A model generated the notes under the pieces. That model searched no databases. It had not been told where the DNA came from and saw only the letters and a list, made by a program, of their open reading frames with translations. 64,000 nt of DNA. Origin: a virus. Numbering within the stretch: position 1 is the stretch's first letter; every line of letters starts with the position of its first letter. Where the stretch lies: positions 1-64,000 of the IMG/VR virus record IMGVR_UViG_3300044675_001825; one strand, written 5' to 3'. Shown piece by piece: positions 9,913 to 19,217 of the stretch. The translations under genes were made by a program, and so were the position numbers.

Positions 9913-10538
9913 ATGTCTGTACCCCCTTTTGGTTTTTGTTGAGATTCTTTGATCTGTTCTCCTGAGTTAATTAATTCTATATAAGGCTCGAAAGCTCTTT
10001 GGTTTAGATAGGTGACACTGTTTTGCATAAAGGTCATTCTATTACTGTGTGTATATATAGATGATTCTTTCTTCTGTAAGATTTCGAAATTCAAAGCAGC
10101 TATAAGCTGTGCAGCTGTATATTCTCCTTCGAGTATTATCTTATCAAACTTCAGTCTGCATTCATCTTTACCTTTTCTGATAGCTCTAGTGCCTGTAAAC
10201 TTCTTACCCTTATACTCAAATGAATCAGTGCCTGGATATATCTTCCACCATTCTTCAAAATCTGTTGTAGCAGGTTTTCTCTTTATAATCTTTGCTCCTG
10301 CTTTCAAATTTAAGAAGTCTAGTAGATCTCTACCTAATGTTGTAAGTTTCTCATCAGTTTCTGTTATTAACCCTTTTCTTATCAAAGCTTGATAGACAGC
10401 AGCAATCCTCATGCTTCCTTCACATAGTGGGGAAACATCATATTGTTCATCTATCAGCTTTAATAAGTAAAGAATGTCTAAGTTATAACTTCGCTTGATG
10501 AGCTCTTCGAATTGTTCTGGTGTTATATTCAGTCTCAT
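9909..10538 (-). CDS. Putative replication initiator/helicase loader
   Basis: wHTH-like N-terminus, FEEWWKIYP and FMQNSVTYLNQ motifs typical of phage replisome-organiser C-domains; lies just upstream of DnaB. Confidence 0.55.
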   Translation of the reverse strand: MRLNITPEQFEELIKRSYNLDILYLLKLIDEQYDVSPLCEGSMRIAAVYQALIRKGLITETDEKLTTLGRDLLDFLNLKAGAKIIKRKPATTDFEEWWKIYPGTDSFEYKGKKFTGTRAIRKGKDECRLKFDKIILEGEYTAAQLIAALNFEILQKKESSIYTHSNRMTFMQNSVTYLNQRAFEPYIELINSGEQIKESQQKPKGGTDI

Positions 10539-10692
10539 TTATAACAGGTGTTACTACTTTAATAATTGCAGGCAAACGTTTTTTGTTAGTTTGCTCTTCT
10601 TCCCATTGTTGCCATGAAGATTCAATATCTTTTTGTCTCTCCATAGCATAAATGTGGTCATTTGGATACTCCCAATCTTCAAACCAACTCAT
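10483..10692 (-). CDS. Hypothetical protein
   Basis: 69-aa ORF coupled to upstream gene. Confidence 0.55.
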   Translation of the reverse strand: MSWFEDWEYPNDHIYAMERQKDIESSWQQWEEEQTNKKRLPAIIKVVTPVINETEYNTRTIRRAHQAKL

Positions 10693-10967
10693 TACTCAGT
10701 AGTTTTTCTTGGTCTTCCAACTGGTTTTTTGTCAATTGATACATTGATAGAAGGTTTTTTCTTTCTTTTCTTGTAATACTTCTTTTTAGGAGCTGGTACA
10801 GGATCTATACCAAGTTGTCCTTTAGAAAGATCAGTCACCTTTCTTGGTTCAAACTTAATAACAGGTGGTAGTTCCTCTTCAATCTCTTGTGCATTTCTAG
10901 TTAGCACGTACAAAATTACCACTGATGCAATAACTATTGCTGGTAAAATAATAAATAAATAGTTCAT
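10692..10967 (-). CDS. Membrane-anchored basic protein with AT-hook-like tail
   Basis: N-terminal TM helix (LFIILPAIVIASVVILYVL), KKKYYKKRKKK and KKPVGRPRK. Confidence 0.65.
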   Translation of the reverse strand: MNYLFIILPAIVIASVVILYVLTRNAQEIEEELPPVIKFEPRKVTDLSKGQLGIDPVPAPKKKYYKKRKKKPSINVSIDKKPVGRPRKTTE

Positions 10968-10972
10968 AATTT

Positions 10973-11230
10973 TTAATTTTTAATACGAAGACCAAACTGT
11001 AAATTGAACCAGTCAAATGTTTGTTCAGCTCTTCCTTTGTTACATTTAAAGATTTTTTTGATTAGAGGAATAGCATAACGCTTGAATTCCTCATGTTGTT
11101 CTTGAGTCATGGTCCAATTGAAGTACCACATGTCATCATCTAGTGTATCCACTAGTCTTTTACCAACCATATCGAGTTGATACTCGATTAAATGCCTGGT
11201 AATGTTTGCTCTGTTAACTTTAGCTTTCAT
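10973..11230 (-). CDS. Hypothetical protein
   Basis: 85-aa ORF overlapping the polymerase stop. Confidence 0.7.
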   Translation of the reverse strand: MKAKVNRANITRHLIEYQLDMVGKRLVDTLDDDMWYFNWTMTQEQHEEFKRYAIPLIKKIFKCNKGRAEQTFDWFNLQFGLRIKN

Positions 11231-13191
11231 TGAAATAAATCTAATTGATTAGGAATATACACTGTCTTGATACGTTTACCTTCAGTTTGAATCTTACTGA
11301 TTATTCTGTTGGCTTTCTCAATGTAGTAATCATAATTTACATTATCAGTTTTACTGTTTTTTGGTAAGAAATTACAAACTTTACATAGCCATTCACCTGC
11401 TTCTATCTGACTGATAGCTGCAGCACGTGTTTGACACTCTGGATTCTTCACCTTAAAGATCTTTTCTCCATTGTTTGATACGTAATATCGTATCAACTTG
11501 TTGTAAATAGTCTTTTGTCCTGTCACCCTATTAGTTCCTTCATAATGGAAACTTCTAGTAGCTTTCTGTCTCAAGCAAAAATCATATAAATTAGTATGAT
11601 TTCTAATAGTCTCATCGACAGGAACACCATGAACAAAATAACGCTCAAGAGCAATAGGAACAATCCTTGCACTCTTGTTTTTATGAAGTTCAAAATCTGT
11701 AAGGAAATCGCCTTTCTTTTTAATTTCTCCATTAGTCATAATTGCTAAGTAATCATTCACTGTACTAAAGATGATTTTGGAATAGTCAGTTCTTTCTAAC
11801 TCATATTGAGTTATGCTACACCACCATTCATTAAGCTTATACATTAAAGGAATTAGGTCTTTCTTAATCCTGATAGTTACACCATCTGTATTTGCAGAGA
11901 TCACATGTATACCATTGGTTTCATATTTCTCGATAAGCATCATTAGACTAAGCTCACCAGTTATAGTGGTGAACATAGTTAACTGCCTATCATATATCCA
12001 TGATAGCATATCAGATGACTTACCATACACAGAGTTAACTGCAAGTTTAAGTGCTCCAACAATTCCTTTAATCTTCTTATCGCTTTTTGCAAGGGGTTTT
12101 AGCTCCAATCTCTTATCAAACATCTGTTTGTACCCACGAAGGAACTCTTTTCCTAAGTGAGTAGGGAATTTCCCATTGTTGATGATGATTGCAGGATAGT
12201 AAGAACTAACATCCCAATCGATTATCTCGTACTCTTCATCAGCCTCAAACACCTTAGGTGTATTCTCTGTATGAAGACCACCTTTCATAAAAGAATACAC
12301 ATTCCCATAGAAATCTATATGCTCTTTGAAATCATCTTGCAGGCCAAGCTGCATCTTATTAATCTTCTTTAAAAACTCTTTTAGTTGAGGAGTCTCAAAT
12401 GTTACATACTTTGCAATGCAATTCTTTACATCAATACTCTTTCTAAAATATCCTTTCTTTGGAAGTTCTTTATAATCTATTCCTTTTTCAGAACAATAAT
12501 ACTTCTTAATCATCTCATCACCTATCTTACTGTCTGAATAGTTCAAACAAGGAATACCAAACTCTTCAAAGATATCTTGTCTTAGTTCTATTTGGTTGTT
12601 TCCTTTGTATAAGGGATGATCTGTATCACCAGTTGTTATCTTAAAGAATTCATACGTAGCATCAACATCATTATAACAATAGTCAATGGTGAGTTCAACC
12701 TCTTCCTTGGTCATGTTAGTCTTGGTGTGATGAATAGGCATTTCTTCTATGTTCTCTAGGTCCATCTCAAACTCTAATCTCTTCAATGAAACCATCCGAT
12801 TTTTATTGTCGAAATGTGAAATTTTAAACAGATCAATTTGCTTGAGACTTAGTTCATGTTCTCTGTATTCAGGAAATACATCATAGTTAGCATCATGAAT
12901 AACATCTGCAGCTTTCTGTGCTATTTTTGCACATATTTCTAAGTTAGTTAGTTCATGCCAATTGTCATGATTTCTCAAGATCCATTCAACAACCTGACTG
13001 TCAAAGCGTAGATTATTATAACCTACCCAATAAGCATCAGCATTGTCTTCTGTGTATCTAACAAAAGCATCTAACTGATTCTTCCATTTAGATACTTGAA
13101 AGCTCTTACCAGCTTTACCAGGCACCATACATACAACTAAGAATAGTTCTTGCATGGTTTCAATATCGTAACATATAACTCGTTCTTTCAT
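11227..13191 (-). CDS. DNA polymerase, family B-like, with 3'-5' exonuclease
   Basis: ExoI YDIET, ExoII GYNNLRFD, ExoIII YCYNDV; polymerase motifs DWDVSSYYP, KLAVNSVYGK, ANTDG. Start placed at MKERVIC (13191), overlapping the upstream stop. Confidence 0.9.
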   Translation of the reverse strand: MKERVICYDIETMQELFLVVCMVPGKAGKSFQVSKWKNQLDAFVRYTEDNADAYWVGYNNLRFDSQVVEWILRNHDNWHELTNLEICAKIAQKAADVIHDANYDVFPEYREHELSLKQIDLFKISHFDNKNRMVSLKRLEFEMDLENIEEMPIHHTKTNMTKEEVELTIDYCYNDVDATYEFFKITTGDTDHPLYKGNNQIELRQDIFEEFGIPCLNYSDSKIGDEMIKKYYCSEKGIDYKELPKKGYFRKSIDVKNCIAKYVTFETPQLKEFLKKINKMQLGLQDDFKEHIDFYGNVYSFMKGGLHTENTPKVFEADEEYEIIDWDVSSYYPAIIINNGKFPTHLGKEFLRGYKQMFDKRLELKPLAKSDKKIKGIVGALKLAVNSVYGKSSDMLSWIYDRQLTMFTTITGELSLMMLIEKYETNGIHVISANTDGVTIRIKKDLIPLMYKLNEWWCSITQYELERTDYSKIIFSTVNDYLAIMTNGEIKKKGDFLTDFELHKNKSARIVPIALERYFVHGVPVDETIRNHTNLYDFCLRQKATRSFHYEGTNRVTGQKTIYNKLIRYYVSNNGEKIFKVKNPECQTRAAAISQIEAGEWLCKVCNFLPKNSKTDNVNYDYYIEKANRIISKIQTEGKRIKTVYIPNQLDLFQ

Positions 13192-13385
13192 GTTCTTGTT
13201 GTTTTTTTGTGATCTTTCCAATCTAGCCAAAAGCCTATTGCCACTATGATGTTCATACCTAAAGAAGCAAGGATTTCATACAAATCCTTATAGATATTAA
13301 TAGTTAAGTGGATATGTCCTACTACCCAAAAAGGCATTGCAAGATTATTCGATATCCACCTAACTAAATAATTTATAAACTTCAT
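13188..13385 (-). CDS. Small two-TM membrane protein
   Basis: 65 aa with two hydrophobic segments. Confidence 0.6.
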   Translation of the reverse strand: MKFINYLVRWISNNLAMPFWVVGHIHLTINIYKDLYEILASLGMNIIVAIGFWLDWKDHKKTTRT

Positions 13386-13391
13386 AGTCTA

Positions 13392-13399
13392 CAAAGATA
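13392..13399 (-). promoter_or_regulatory. Bacteroidota -7 promoter element (TATCTTTG)
   Basis: Exact TAnnTTTG match 6 nt upstream of the ATG at 13385, suggesting a near-leaderless transcript into the polymerase operon. Confidence 0.55.
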
Positions 13400-13428
13400 A
13401 TTAAAAATATTATATTATTCTAACAGGT

Positions 13429-13926
13429 TTAGTTATTAAAATAGTATCTGATGTGGTCTGAATATATCACCACTTTCTTTGGTGTATCAGTGAATGAAAC
13501 AACACTTGCAGGCACTTCAATACCTATTTCTGCAGGTTGTCTTTCAATGTCAGGATGAATAATTTCTTCACAGATCTCTTGTACAACAGGTACTTGTTTT
13601 GCATCAATGTCTGCAGCAATCTCTTCCATTCTCTTATCAAAGTTATCCCATAGAGAGCCTGGCATAGGTTCAAACTCCATTGTAACAGGTTCTTGTATAA
13701 TAGCTGGTCTTGGTGCTTTCTTTCTTACATAAGGTCTTTTAGCTGGACCTGAGTAAGTGTTAACAATCTTTCTTGTCATCTTGGACAATCTTAGCACTTT
13801 GTGATAAACTCCATTAACTGGTCTTTTCCATTCTTTTGCTAATTCATCAGCGATGATAGCTACAGGCTTTCCTGTTCTAATTTCTTGTTTGATTTGATTA
13901 ATCTGCTTTGGTGTGTAATGTTTCAT
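13429..13926 (-). CDS. HTH-like protein, paralog A
   Basis: YTPKQINQIK...LAKEWKRPVNGVYHKV; C-terminal QPAEIGIEVP...TPKKVVIYSDHIRYYF shared with next gene. Confidence 0.65.
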   Translation of the reverse strand: MKHYTPKQINQIKQEIRTGKPVAIIADELAKEWKRPVNGVYHKVLRLSKMTRKIVNTYSGPAKRPYVRKKAPRPAIIQEPVTMEFEPMPGSLWDNFDKRMEEIAADIDAKQVPVVQEICEEIIHPDIERQPAEIGIEVPASVVSFTDTPKKVVIYSDHIRYYFNN

Positions 13927-13947
13927 GATTTAAAATTTATTTAGTTA

Positions 13948-14268
13948 TTAAAAGTATATTCTAAAGTGGTCAGAGTGTAACATAATCTTTTTAGGTGTTC
14001 CTTCGAATGTCATACCATGTGGTACTTCTACACCTATGTCTGCAGGTTGAATTCTAGTAGTCACCTTTTTTATTTCTCTAACTGTATCAGGATTCATTTT
14101 TCTATTTAAAGTGTACAATTTATACTTAATACCATTTACACTTCTACCATATTTGGCAGCTAATTGAATGCCTATGTTATTTATATTTACATTCTCATCT
14201 TTTAAGAGAGATTTCATCTCTTGTATTTGTTCTCTTGTGTAAAAATCTACTTTTGATTGTTTTTGCAT
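13948..14268 (-). CDS. HTH-like protein, paralog B
   Basis: YTREQIQEMK...LAAKYGRSVNGIKYKL; QPADIGVEVP...TPKKIMLHSDHFRIYF. Confidence 0.65.
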   Translation of the reverse strand: MQKQSKVDFYTREQIQEMKSLLKDENVNINNIGIQLAAKYGRSVNGIKYKLYTLNRKMNPDTVREIKKVTTRIQPADIGVEVPHGMTFEGTPKKIMLHSDHFRIYF

Positions 14269-14273
14269 GTTTT

Positions 14274-14819
14274 CTAAATTTTAGCAAAGCAACACATAGC
14301 TGATGTGTCCCAATACTTGATGAATAAATAATTTCCTTGTTTTGTTTTGTAAATTGTGTGAGGCATAGGTGATGAATAATCAACACTGGCTATCACTTTC
14401 TCTTTTCTAGCTTTGAAGAATGTATCAATTGTTTCTTGTAGTCCTATTCTATAACTAAATGTCATAATGAAGTTCTTTTTGAACTTAGCAATGTGATCTG
14501 TTAAGAATCTAACAGAAGCACAAAAGTCAAGATCAAACAATACATTCTCTTTATCTGGGTTTGCTTTAATAATATCACTGCATATCAATGCCACCTTAGA
14601 TTTTGATCTTATCTTGGATAGTTGTTGCAATGCTACCTGTGAGTTATTCTCATAGATTTCAAATTGTGTACATCCTTTGGATTCTAGATATGCTAGATAT
14701 TCATTGATGTCTGGACCTGCTAATCCAACTACTGATTCAAATTGGAATCTTTGGATTAAGAACTCTCTAACAGCATGTTTGTTACTTGAGTTTATATAAG
14801 TTTTCTTTCTTTCTGCCAT
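14274..14819 (-). CDS. Putative SAM-dependent methyltransferase-fold protein
   Basis: VVGLAGPD, EIYENN, SDII, FDLDFC pattern matches a Rossmann MTase strand order. Confidence 0.4.
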   Translation of the reverse strand: MAERKKTYINSSNKHAVREFLIQRFQFESVVGLAGPDINEYLAYLESKGCTQFEIYENNSQVALQQLSKIRSKSKVALICSDIIKANPDKENVLFDLDFCASVRFLTDHIAKFKKNFIMTFSYRIGLQETIDTFFKARKEKVIASVDYSSPMPHTIYKTKQGNYLFIKYWDTSAMCCFAKI

Positions 14820-14821
14820 GA

Positions 14822-15271
14822 TTATTCTTCTTCTAATCCATCGTTTAGTGTTACATCCCAGTCATCAAGCTCTTCGTCTGGTACTAGAGATAACACCACT
14901 TTATCTTCCATAAAGACTATTCCTTCATCTTCATCATATTCAATATCAATATAACCATCAAACTCTCGTAATAGGTAATTGATATCATCTAATGTGATGT
15001 CTCTGAGTTCATCTGTATGTTCTCCTTCATCCCACCAACCTATTTCATCATGTGAAGCAAGTAAGTTACCACTCTCATCAATAATGACTAGTTCTACAGG
15101 AACACCATGTCTACTCATAAATGCATCTGGGTCTTCAGGAATCTCTTCAAGCTCAAAGAGCTCAATGAATGGTTCTATTACACCAACAGAAATTCTGTTA
15201 GTGAAAAGCATACCTACCTCCAATTCTGGAGGCAGATAGCTCTTTACTGCAATTTCAGCTGGATACCACAT
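14822..15271 (-). CDS. Acidic hypothetical protein
   Basis: 149 aa, very D/E-rich. Confidence 0.7.
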   Translation of the reverse strand: MWYPAEIAVKSYLPPELEVGMLFTNRISVGVIEPFIELFELEEIPEDPDAFMSRHGVPVELVIIDESGNLLASHDEIGWWDEGEHTDELRDITLDDINYLLREFDGYIDIEYDEDEGIVFMEDKVVLSLVPDEELDDWDVTLNDGLEEE

Positions 15272-15627
15272 TAGAAATCTTTTTTAGGTGTTGGTTCAGC
15301 TATCTGATAGACACAATGTACACTTGCTAGTCTTAACAATATATGAAGCTGCTCAGCTTCTAAATAGTCAATCTCTTTCTTAGTGCACAGACCAATGATT
15401 TGTATTCCATCACCTGTGTCTACTAATTGCATAGCCACTGATTTTCTAACAACATCATCCCATTCATCATCATCACTGAAGTATAATGTATGTACTGTTG
15501 CATTTCTTGCAGCTTCTAGTTTGTGATAATCATATTCATGTTTACCATTAATGTAGATCTCTTCTCTGTATAACACATCACTTGTGTTATCAATAATGTC
15601 TTGAATTTGTTTACTCAGTGTTGCCAT
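15271..15627 (-). CDS. Hypothetical protein
   Basis: 118-aa ORF in operon. Confidence 0.7.
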   Translation of the reverse strand: MATLSKQIQDIIDNTSDVLYREEIYINGKHEYDYHKLEAARNATVHTLYFSDDDEWDDVVRKSVAMQLVDTGDGIQIIGLCTKKEIDYLEAEQLHILLRLASVHCVYQIAEPTPKKDF

Positions 15628-15946
15628 AATTTCCTTTTTTTATAAAATTAATTGCTTTTTGATGTCCTTCAATAGCTTGTTCATAAGATGCATATCTCTC
15701 TTGATACGCTTGATCATTTTCTCCTCCAAATATCATAGTTTCCCATAATATTGGTTTTCCACCACCATAAGAATGATCTAATCCAAGAAACACTGTTGAT
15801 ACACGAACCTCATCACCATTGAGGTCTGTTAGTTCGTCATATCCAACTTTCTTTCTATTTGGATTATCTTCCATCCACTTTGCTGATTCTAAAACTGGTT
15901 TATGAACAGGCTTGTGATTGTTGTCTAGTATATACCATTTACTCAT
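15611..15946 (-). CDS. Conserved phage hypothetical protein
   Basis: VSTVFLGLDH...PILWETMIFGG...RYAS...A..GH motif widespread in phages. Confidence 0.75.
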   Translation of the reverse strand: MSKWYILDNNHKPVHKPVLESAKWMEDNPNRKKVGYDELTDLNGDEVRVSTVFLGLDHSYGGGKPILWETMIFGGENDQAYQERYASYEQAIEGHQKAINFIKKGNYGNTE

Positions 15947-16239
15947 AGTTTTGATATTAAATGTTTCATTTGATTAATAATGTCTTCGATACTCATTGCT
16001 TCTTCCTTTTCTTTCTCCTCAAGTTGATCTTTTATCATTTGTAATGGATAATAGTTTTCAATTTTAGTTGTAGAACTTATATTAATTCTACAAAATGCAT
16101 AAGGAAGATTGTGATGTAAATGAAGCACCTGAGCTTTTTTTCCAAATGATTCTTCATATTGAGAACTATATTTAAGATGTGTATCATCAAACTTGAATGC
16201 AATGAATGTTTTTCCTATTACATCTTTGTCTTCCATCAA
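15943..16239 (-). CDS. Hypothetical protein
   Basis: 98-aa ORF. Confidence 0.65.
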   Translation of the reverse strand: MMEDKDVIGKTFIAFKFDDTHLKYSSQYEESFGKKAQVLHLHHNLPYAFCRINISSTTKIENYYPLQMIKDQLEEKEKEEAMSIEDIINQMKHLISKL

Positions 16240-16469
16240 TAACCTGCTAGTTTAGATATCATACCTTCTTGCTCTAATAAATAAGCAAGGTCACTTTCTT
16301 CTTTTAGTGTAAGTCTTCTTATAGAAGACATAAGATTGATTCTGTCGTAGGTAATCTTCTCACCATACACTGCTTTCACTTTCTGACCTATTTCTAGGAG
16401 CTGTGAGACATTAAAATTATCTACAGGATCTTGGTTAACATCCTGCCATTTACCATTGATTATACGCAT
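16236..16469 (-). CDS. Hypothetical protein
   Basis: 77-aa ORF. Confidence 0.65.
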   Translation of the reverse strand: MRIINGKWQDVNQDPVDNFNVSQLLEIGQKVKAVYGEKITYDRINLMSSIRRLTLKEESDLAYLLEQEGMISKLAGY

Positions 16470-16490
16470 GTTTTTTTTTTTATTTTTATG

Positions 16491-16691
16491 TTAATATTTA
16501 TTTGATTTATAATTTGGTTCTTCTTCTAATATAGATTCCATTATAGGAGATTTAGTATTCTCCACATGTTGTGTTAACACCTTCCATTTCTTAAAAAGCT
16601 TGTTTGCTATATTAACATCAAGTTTAGTGATTTTGTCTTTATAGAAAATGTTTCTAATTGTGTATTCTATGGTGCGTATTTCATCTTCCAT
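16491..16691 (-). CDS. Hypothetical protein
   Basis: 66-aa ORF. Confidence 0.6.
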   Translation of the reverse strand: MEDEIRTIEYTIRNIFYKDKITKLDVNIANKLFKKWKVLTQHVENTKSPIMESILEEEPNYKSNKY

Positions 16692-16801
16692 GTCTTATTT
16701 CTTTTTAAATTGTTTAAAATAACTTTTTTACATAATACCTATATTCTAAAAAATAATAGTGTTTATGCCAACCATCGTCCACTGTATAAAACATTCTCAT
16801 A

Positions 16802-17503
16802 TTATTTTTTAAATTGTTCAAACCATTCTTTAAATAAATCTTTACCCCAATATTTAGTAGCTTTTCCTTGATGTGTATAGTAAAACATTGCAAAATCAAT
16901 CATATCTTCCTCACTATACATTCTTTCAGCTTGCCATTTAGCACCTTCATATAATCCTACTTTAACATTATTCAAATCATTTTCATAATTTGTAGGAAAT
17001 GGTTTTTTTGGATAACCAAAAGTGTATAGATGTTCCCATTTACTTTTAAGTTTATCCATTGCTATTTTTTCTATTTCAGCAGCTTCTTCTAATAGTTCTT
17101 GTTTAGGTTCTAACTCATAAGAATGTTTTTCTAAACCTTGTTGTTCATATTCTTGAACTGTTTGTTTAGGTTCTTCTTTTGGAATGATTATTTTGTAAAT
17201 TGGCTCAACTTCATTTTCTCCTTTAAATTTTTTAAATGGTCTAATATTTACAAACTCACAACTTGGATTCTTAACAAACCATTCTAAAAATTCATCATCA
17301 ATAGCTTGTACGCCATCTTTGATAAGGTCTGTATCTGTTGTTAGGATGATTGAAAAATAGTCAGTATACACAGGAGTTCTCATTTTCATAAAATCTCTAT
17401 ATTTGTATATTTTACCTTCCCAAAAAACATAACCTCCTTCTTTAATTTCTTCATCATTAGTGATAAACAATTCTTTTCCTATGTTATAGATATTTTTTGC
17501 CAT
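16802..17503 (-). CDS. Hypothetical mosaic protein (ITNDEEIKEG / IILTTDTDLIKDGVQAIDDEFLEWFVKNPSCE family)
   Basis: Likely start MAKNIY at 17503; C-terminal GAKWQAERMYSEED...WFEQFKK module. Confidence 0.7.
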   Translation of the reverse strand: MAKNIYNIGKELFITNDEEIKEGGYVFWEGKIYKYRDFMKMRTPVYTDYFSIILTTDTDLIKDGVQAIDDEFLEWFVKNPSCEFVNIRPFKKFKGENEVEPIYKIIIPKEEPKQTVQEYEQQGLEKHSYELEPKQELLEEAAEIEKIAMDKLKSKWEHLYTFGYPKKPFPTNYENDLNNVKVGLYEGAKWQAERMYSEEDMIDFAMFYYTHQGKATKYWGKDLFKEWFEQFKK

Positions 17504-18078
17504 GATGTGTTGTTTAAAATATGTGTTATACAAGATTCACTTACATTATACTCTTTTGATAGCTTTTTAGCTGAATACTTATAAGGAATATACTTTTGTT
17601 TTATTTCTAAAACTTGTTCTTTTGTTAATAATGACCTACCATTTTCTTCTCCTGAATATGCAACTCTATGTAAATGAAGTTTGTTTAATCCATTTTTAGT
17701 AGCGTGTATGTGATTTTGTGAGTTAGTACACCATTCAAGATTGTTTGTTTTATTATTGGTTTTATTACAATCTATATGGTTTACTTGTGGATAATCATTA
17801 ATGTTGTCAACAAATACCTCTGCAACTAATCTATGAACATACTTATTTACTTTTACATTATTAACAGTAAAACCAACAGTCATATATCCAAGATTACTTT
17901 TAGATTGTTTGCACATCTTACCTTTTCTCCAATAAGGAACTCTATTGTTTGGAGCAACTTCTCTATCTAAAGATTTTACATTACCAAGATTAGATACTTG
18001 ATATAAACCTTCGTATCCAATTACATTTTTCCAAACTTCTGACGTTGGTAATAAATGTATGTTTTTATTTGCTTCCAT
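17479..18078 (-). CDS. NUMOD4-HNH homing endonuclease
   Basis: EVWKNVIGYEGLYQVSNLGNVKS (NUMOD4), VHRLVAEVF, VNHIDCNKTNN...NLEWCTNSQNHIHA (HNH), C-terminal HTH. Confidence 0.92.
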   Translation of the reverse strand: MEANKNIHLLPTSEVWKNVIGYEGLYQVSNLGNVKSLDREVAPNNRVPYWRKGKMCKQSKSNLGYMTVGFTVNNVKVNKYVHRLVAEVFVDNINDYPQVNHIDCNKTNNKTNNLEWCTNSQNHIHATKNGLNKLHLHRVAYSGEENGRSLLTKEQVLEIKQKYIPYKYSAKKLSKEYNVSESCITHILNNTSWQKISIT

Positions 18079-18259
18079 AATCAAAATCTGGTATATAATT
18101 AGGGTTAACTATAAGACTAATGCTGTCTATTGATTTAAACACATTGTCTGCTGTAAATTTTTTAAGTGCCTCCATAATGTTATCTGCTTCTACAATTTCT
18201 TCTAGATCTGTAGCTTCATCATTACGCTCTGTCCAATAACATATTAAATATCTTCTCAT
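18065..18259 (-). CDS. Hypothetical protein
   Basis: 64-aa ORF. Confidence 0.6.
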   Translation of the reverse strand: MRRYLICYWTERNDEATDLEEIVEADNIMEALKKFTADNVFKSIDSISLIVNPNYIPDFDYGSK

Positions 18260-18262
18260 AGC

Positions 18263-18643
18263 TTAGTCTTTATGAAATTCAATAAACCATCCCTTGTCTA
18301 TAATCACTCTAAGACACGTGTCATCATCAAACAATTGAATAGCCACTCTGTCTCCTGATTCATCTAAACATTCTACAATTTGATATTCATCACCATTGGT
18401 TGTAGTGTCTTTTGTCATATCAGTTATTTGATGAAATGTTCTTATAGATCCATTTGGATAATAGAACACAATGTCTGTAACTCCCTTGGGATTGAATACA
18501 ACAGTCATATCTGTTGATTGCCATTCACCTTTTACGTTATTACTCACAGCAATCATTGATGTGTATTTCTTAACGAATGTTTCTTGTGCCATGCACACAA
18601 AACTGCTCAATAGTAGTAGAGCTCCTAATAGTAGTTTTTTCAT
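18263..18643 (-). CDS. Secreted/periplasmic protein
   Basis: Sec signal MKKLLLGALLLLSSFVCMA-QE, with Gln at +1 as is common in Bacteroidota. Confidence 0.7.
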   Translation of the reverse strand: MKKLLLGALLLLSSFVCMAQETFVKKYTSMIAVSNNVKGEWQSTDMTVVFNPKGVTDIVFYYPNGSIRTFHQITDMTKDTTTNGDEYQIVECLDESGDRVAIQLFDDDTCLRVIIDKGWFIEFHKD

Positions 18644-19089
18644 TATTTCTTTAATTTTACAATTTCAATTAGTTTTTCAATACAAGCTGTATTAGCTTTA
18701 TAAGAATCAAATTCTGAATAATCTGCAGGTAAATCTATTTTCCATGTACCATTAATAGAATGAATATAATAATCCATACTCATCACTTCATTTACAGAAC
18801 ACATAGTTTGTCTGTCAACAAACAACCCATAAGTGTTCTCAAACCATTTGAAAGCTTGTTGAAATAGTGGTACTGCATAACTGTAATCATACAATTCTTC
18901 TTCAAATTTAATTTGATCTTCGTTTAGTTCATCAGTAATTTTATGAAGTTTACTATTTGTTATACCATCTTCATGAAATTCTGTGAACAGTTCATTATTT
19001 TCAATTTGATAGTCTATTAAACAAGGTTCATCAAAACCCAATTCTTCTAAGGCCAATGCTATCTCATAGCTAACAAACTCATTTTTCAT
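18643..19089 (-). CDS. Hypothetical protein, paralog of 23670-24020
   Basis: EFVSYEIALALEELGFDEPC...PLFQQAFKWF...CIEKLIEIVK. Confidence 0.7.
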   Translation of the reverse strand: MKNEFVSYEIALALEELGFDEPCLIDYQIENNELFTEFHEDGITNSKLHKITDELNEDQIKFEEELYDYSYAVPLFQQAFKWFENTYGLFVDRQTMCSVNEVMSMDYYIHSINGTWKIDLPADYSEFDSYKANTACIEKLIEIVKLKK

Positions 19090-19204
19090 TGTTTACAGGT
19101 TTAGGGTTACACGTATGACCATCGCTCCATTTGATTCCTGGAGGTGGTGTTGTTTCTGGTGAGCGATATATTGTACCACACTCACTACATTCAAATTTGT
19201 TCAT
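19079..19204 (-). CDS. Small zinc-ribbon peptide (41 aa)
   Basis: MNKFECSECGTIYRSPETTPPPGIKWSDGHTCNPKPVNNEK*; CxxC...HxC. Confidence 0.55.
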   Translation of the reverse strand: MNKFECSECGTIYRSPETTPPPGIKWSDGHTCNPKPVNNEK

Positions 19205-19217
19205 ATCTTAGTTATTT

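Noticed and set aside
16471-16481. 11-nt T homopolymer as phase-variation site
   Set aside because: It is an intergenic A-rich translation-initiation region on the minus strand, common in this AT-rich genome.
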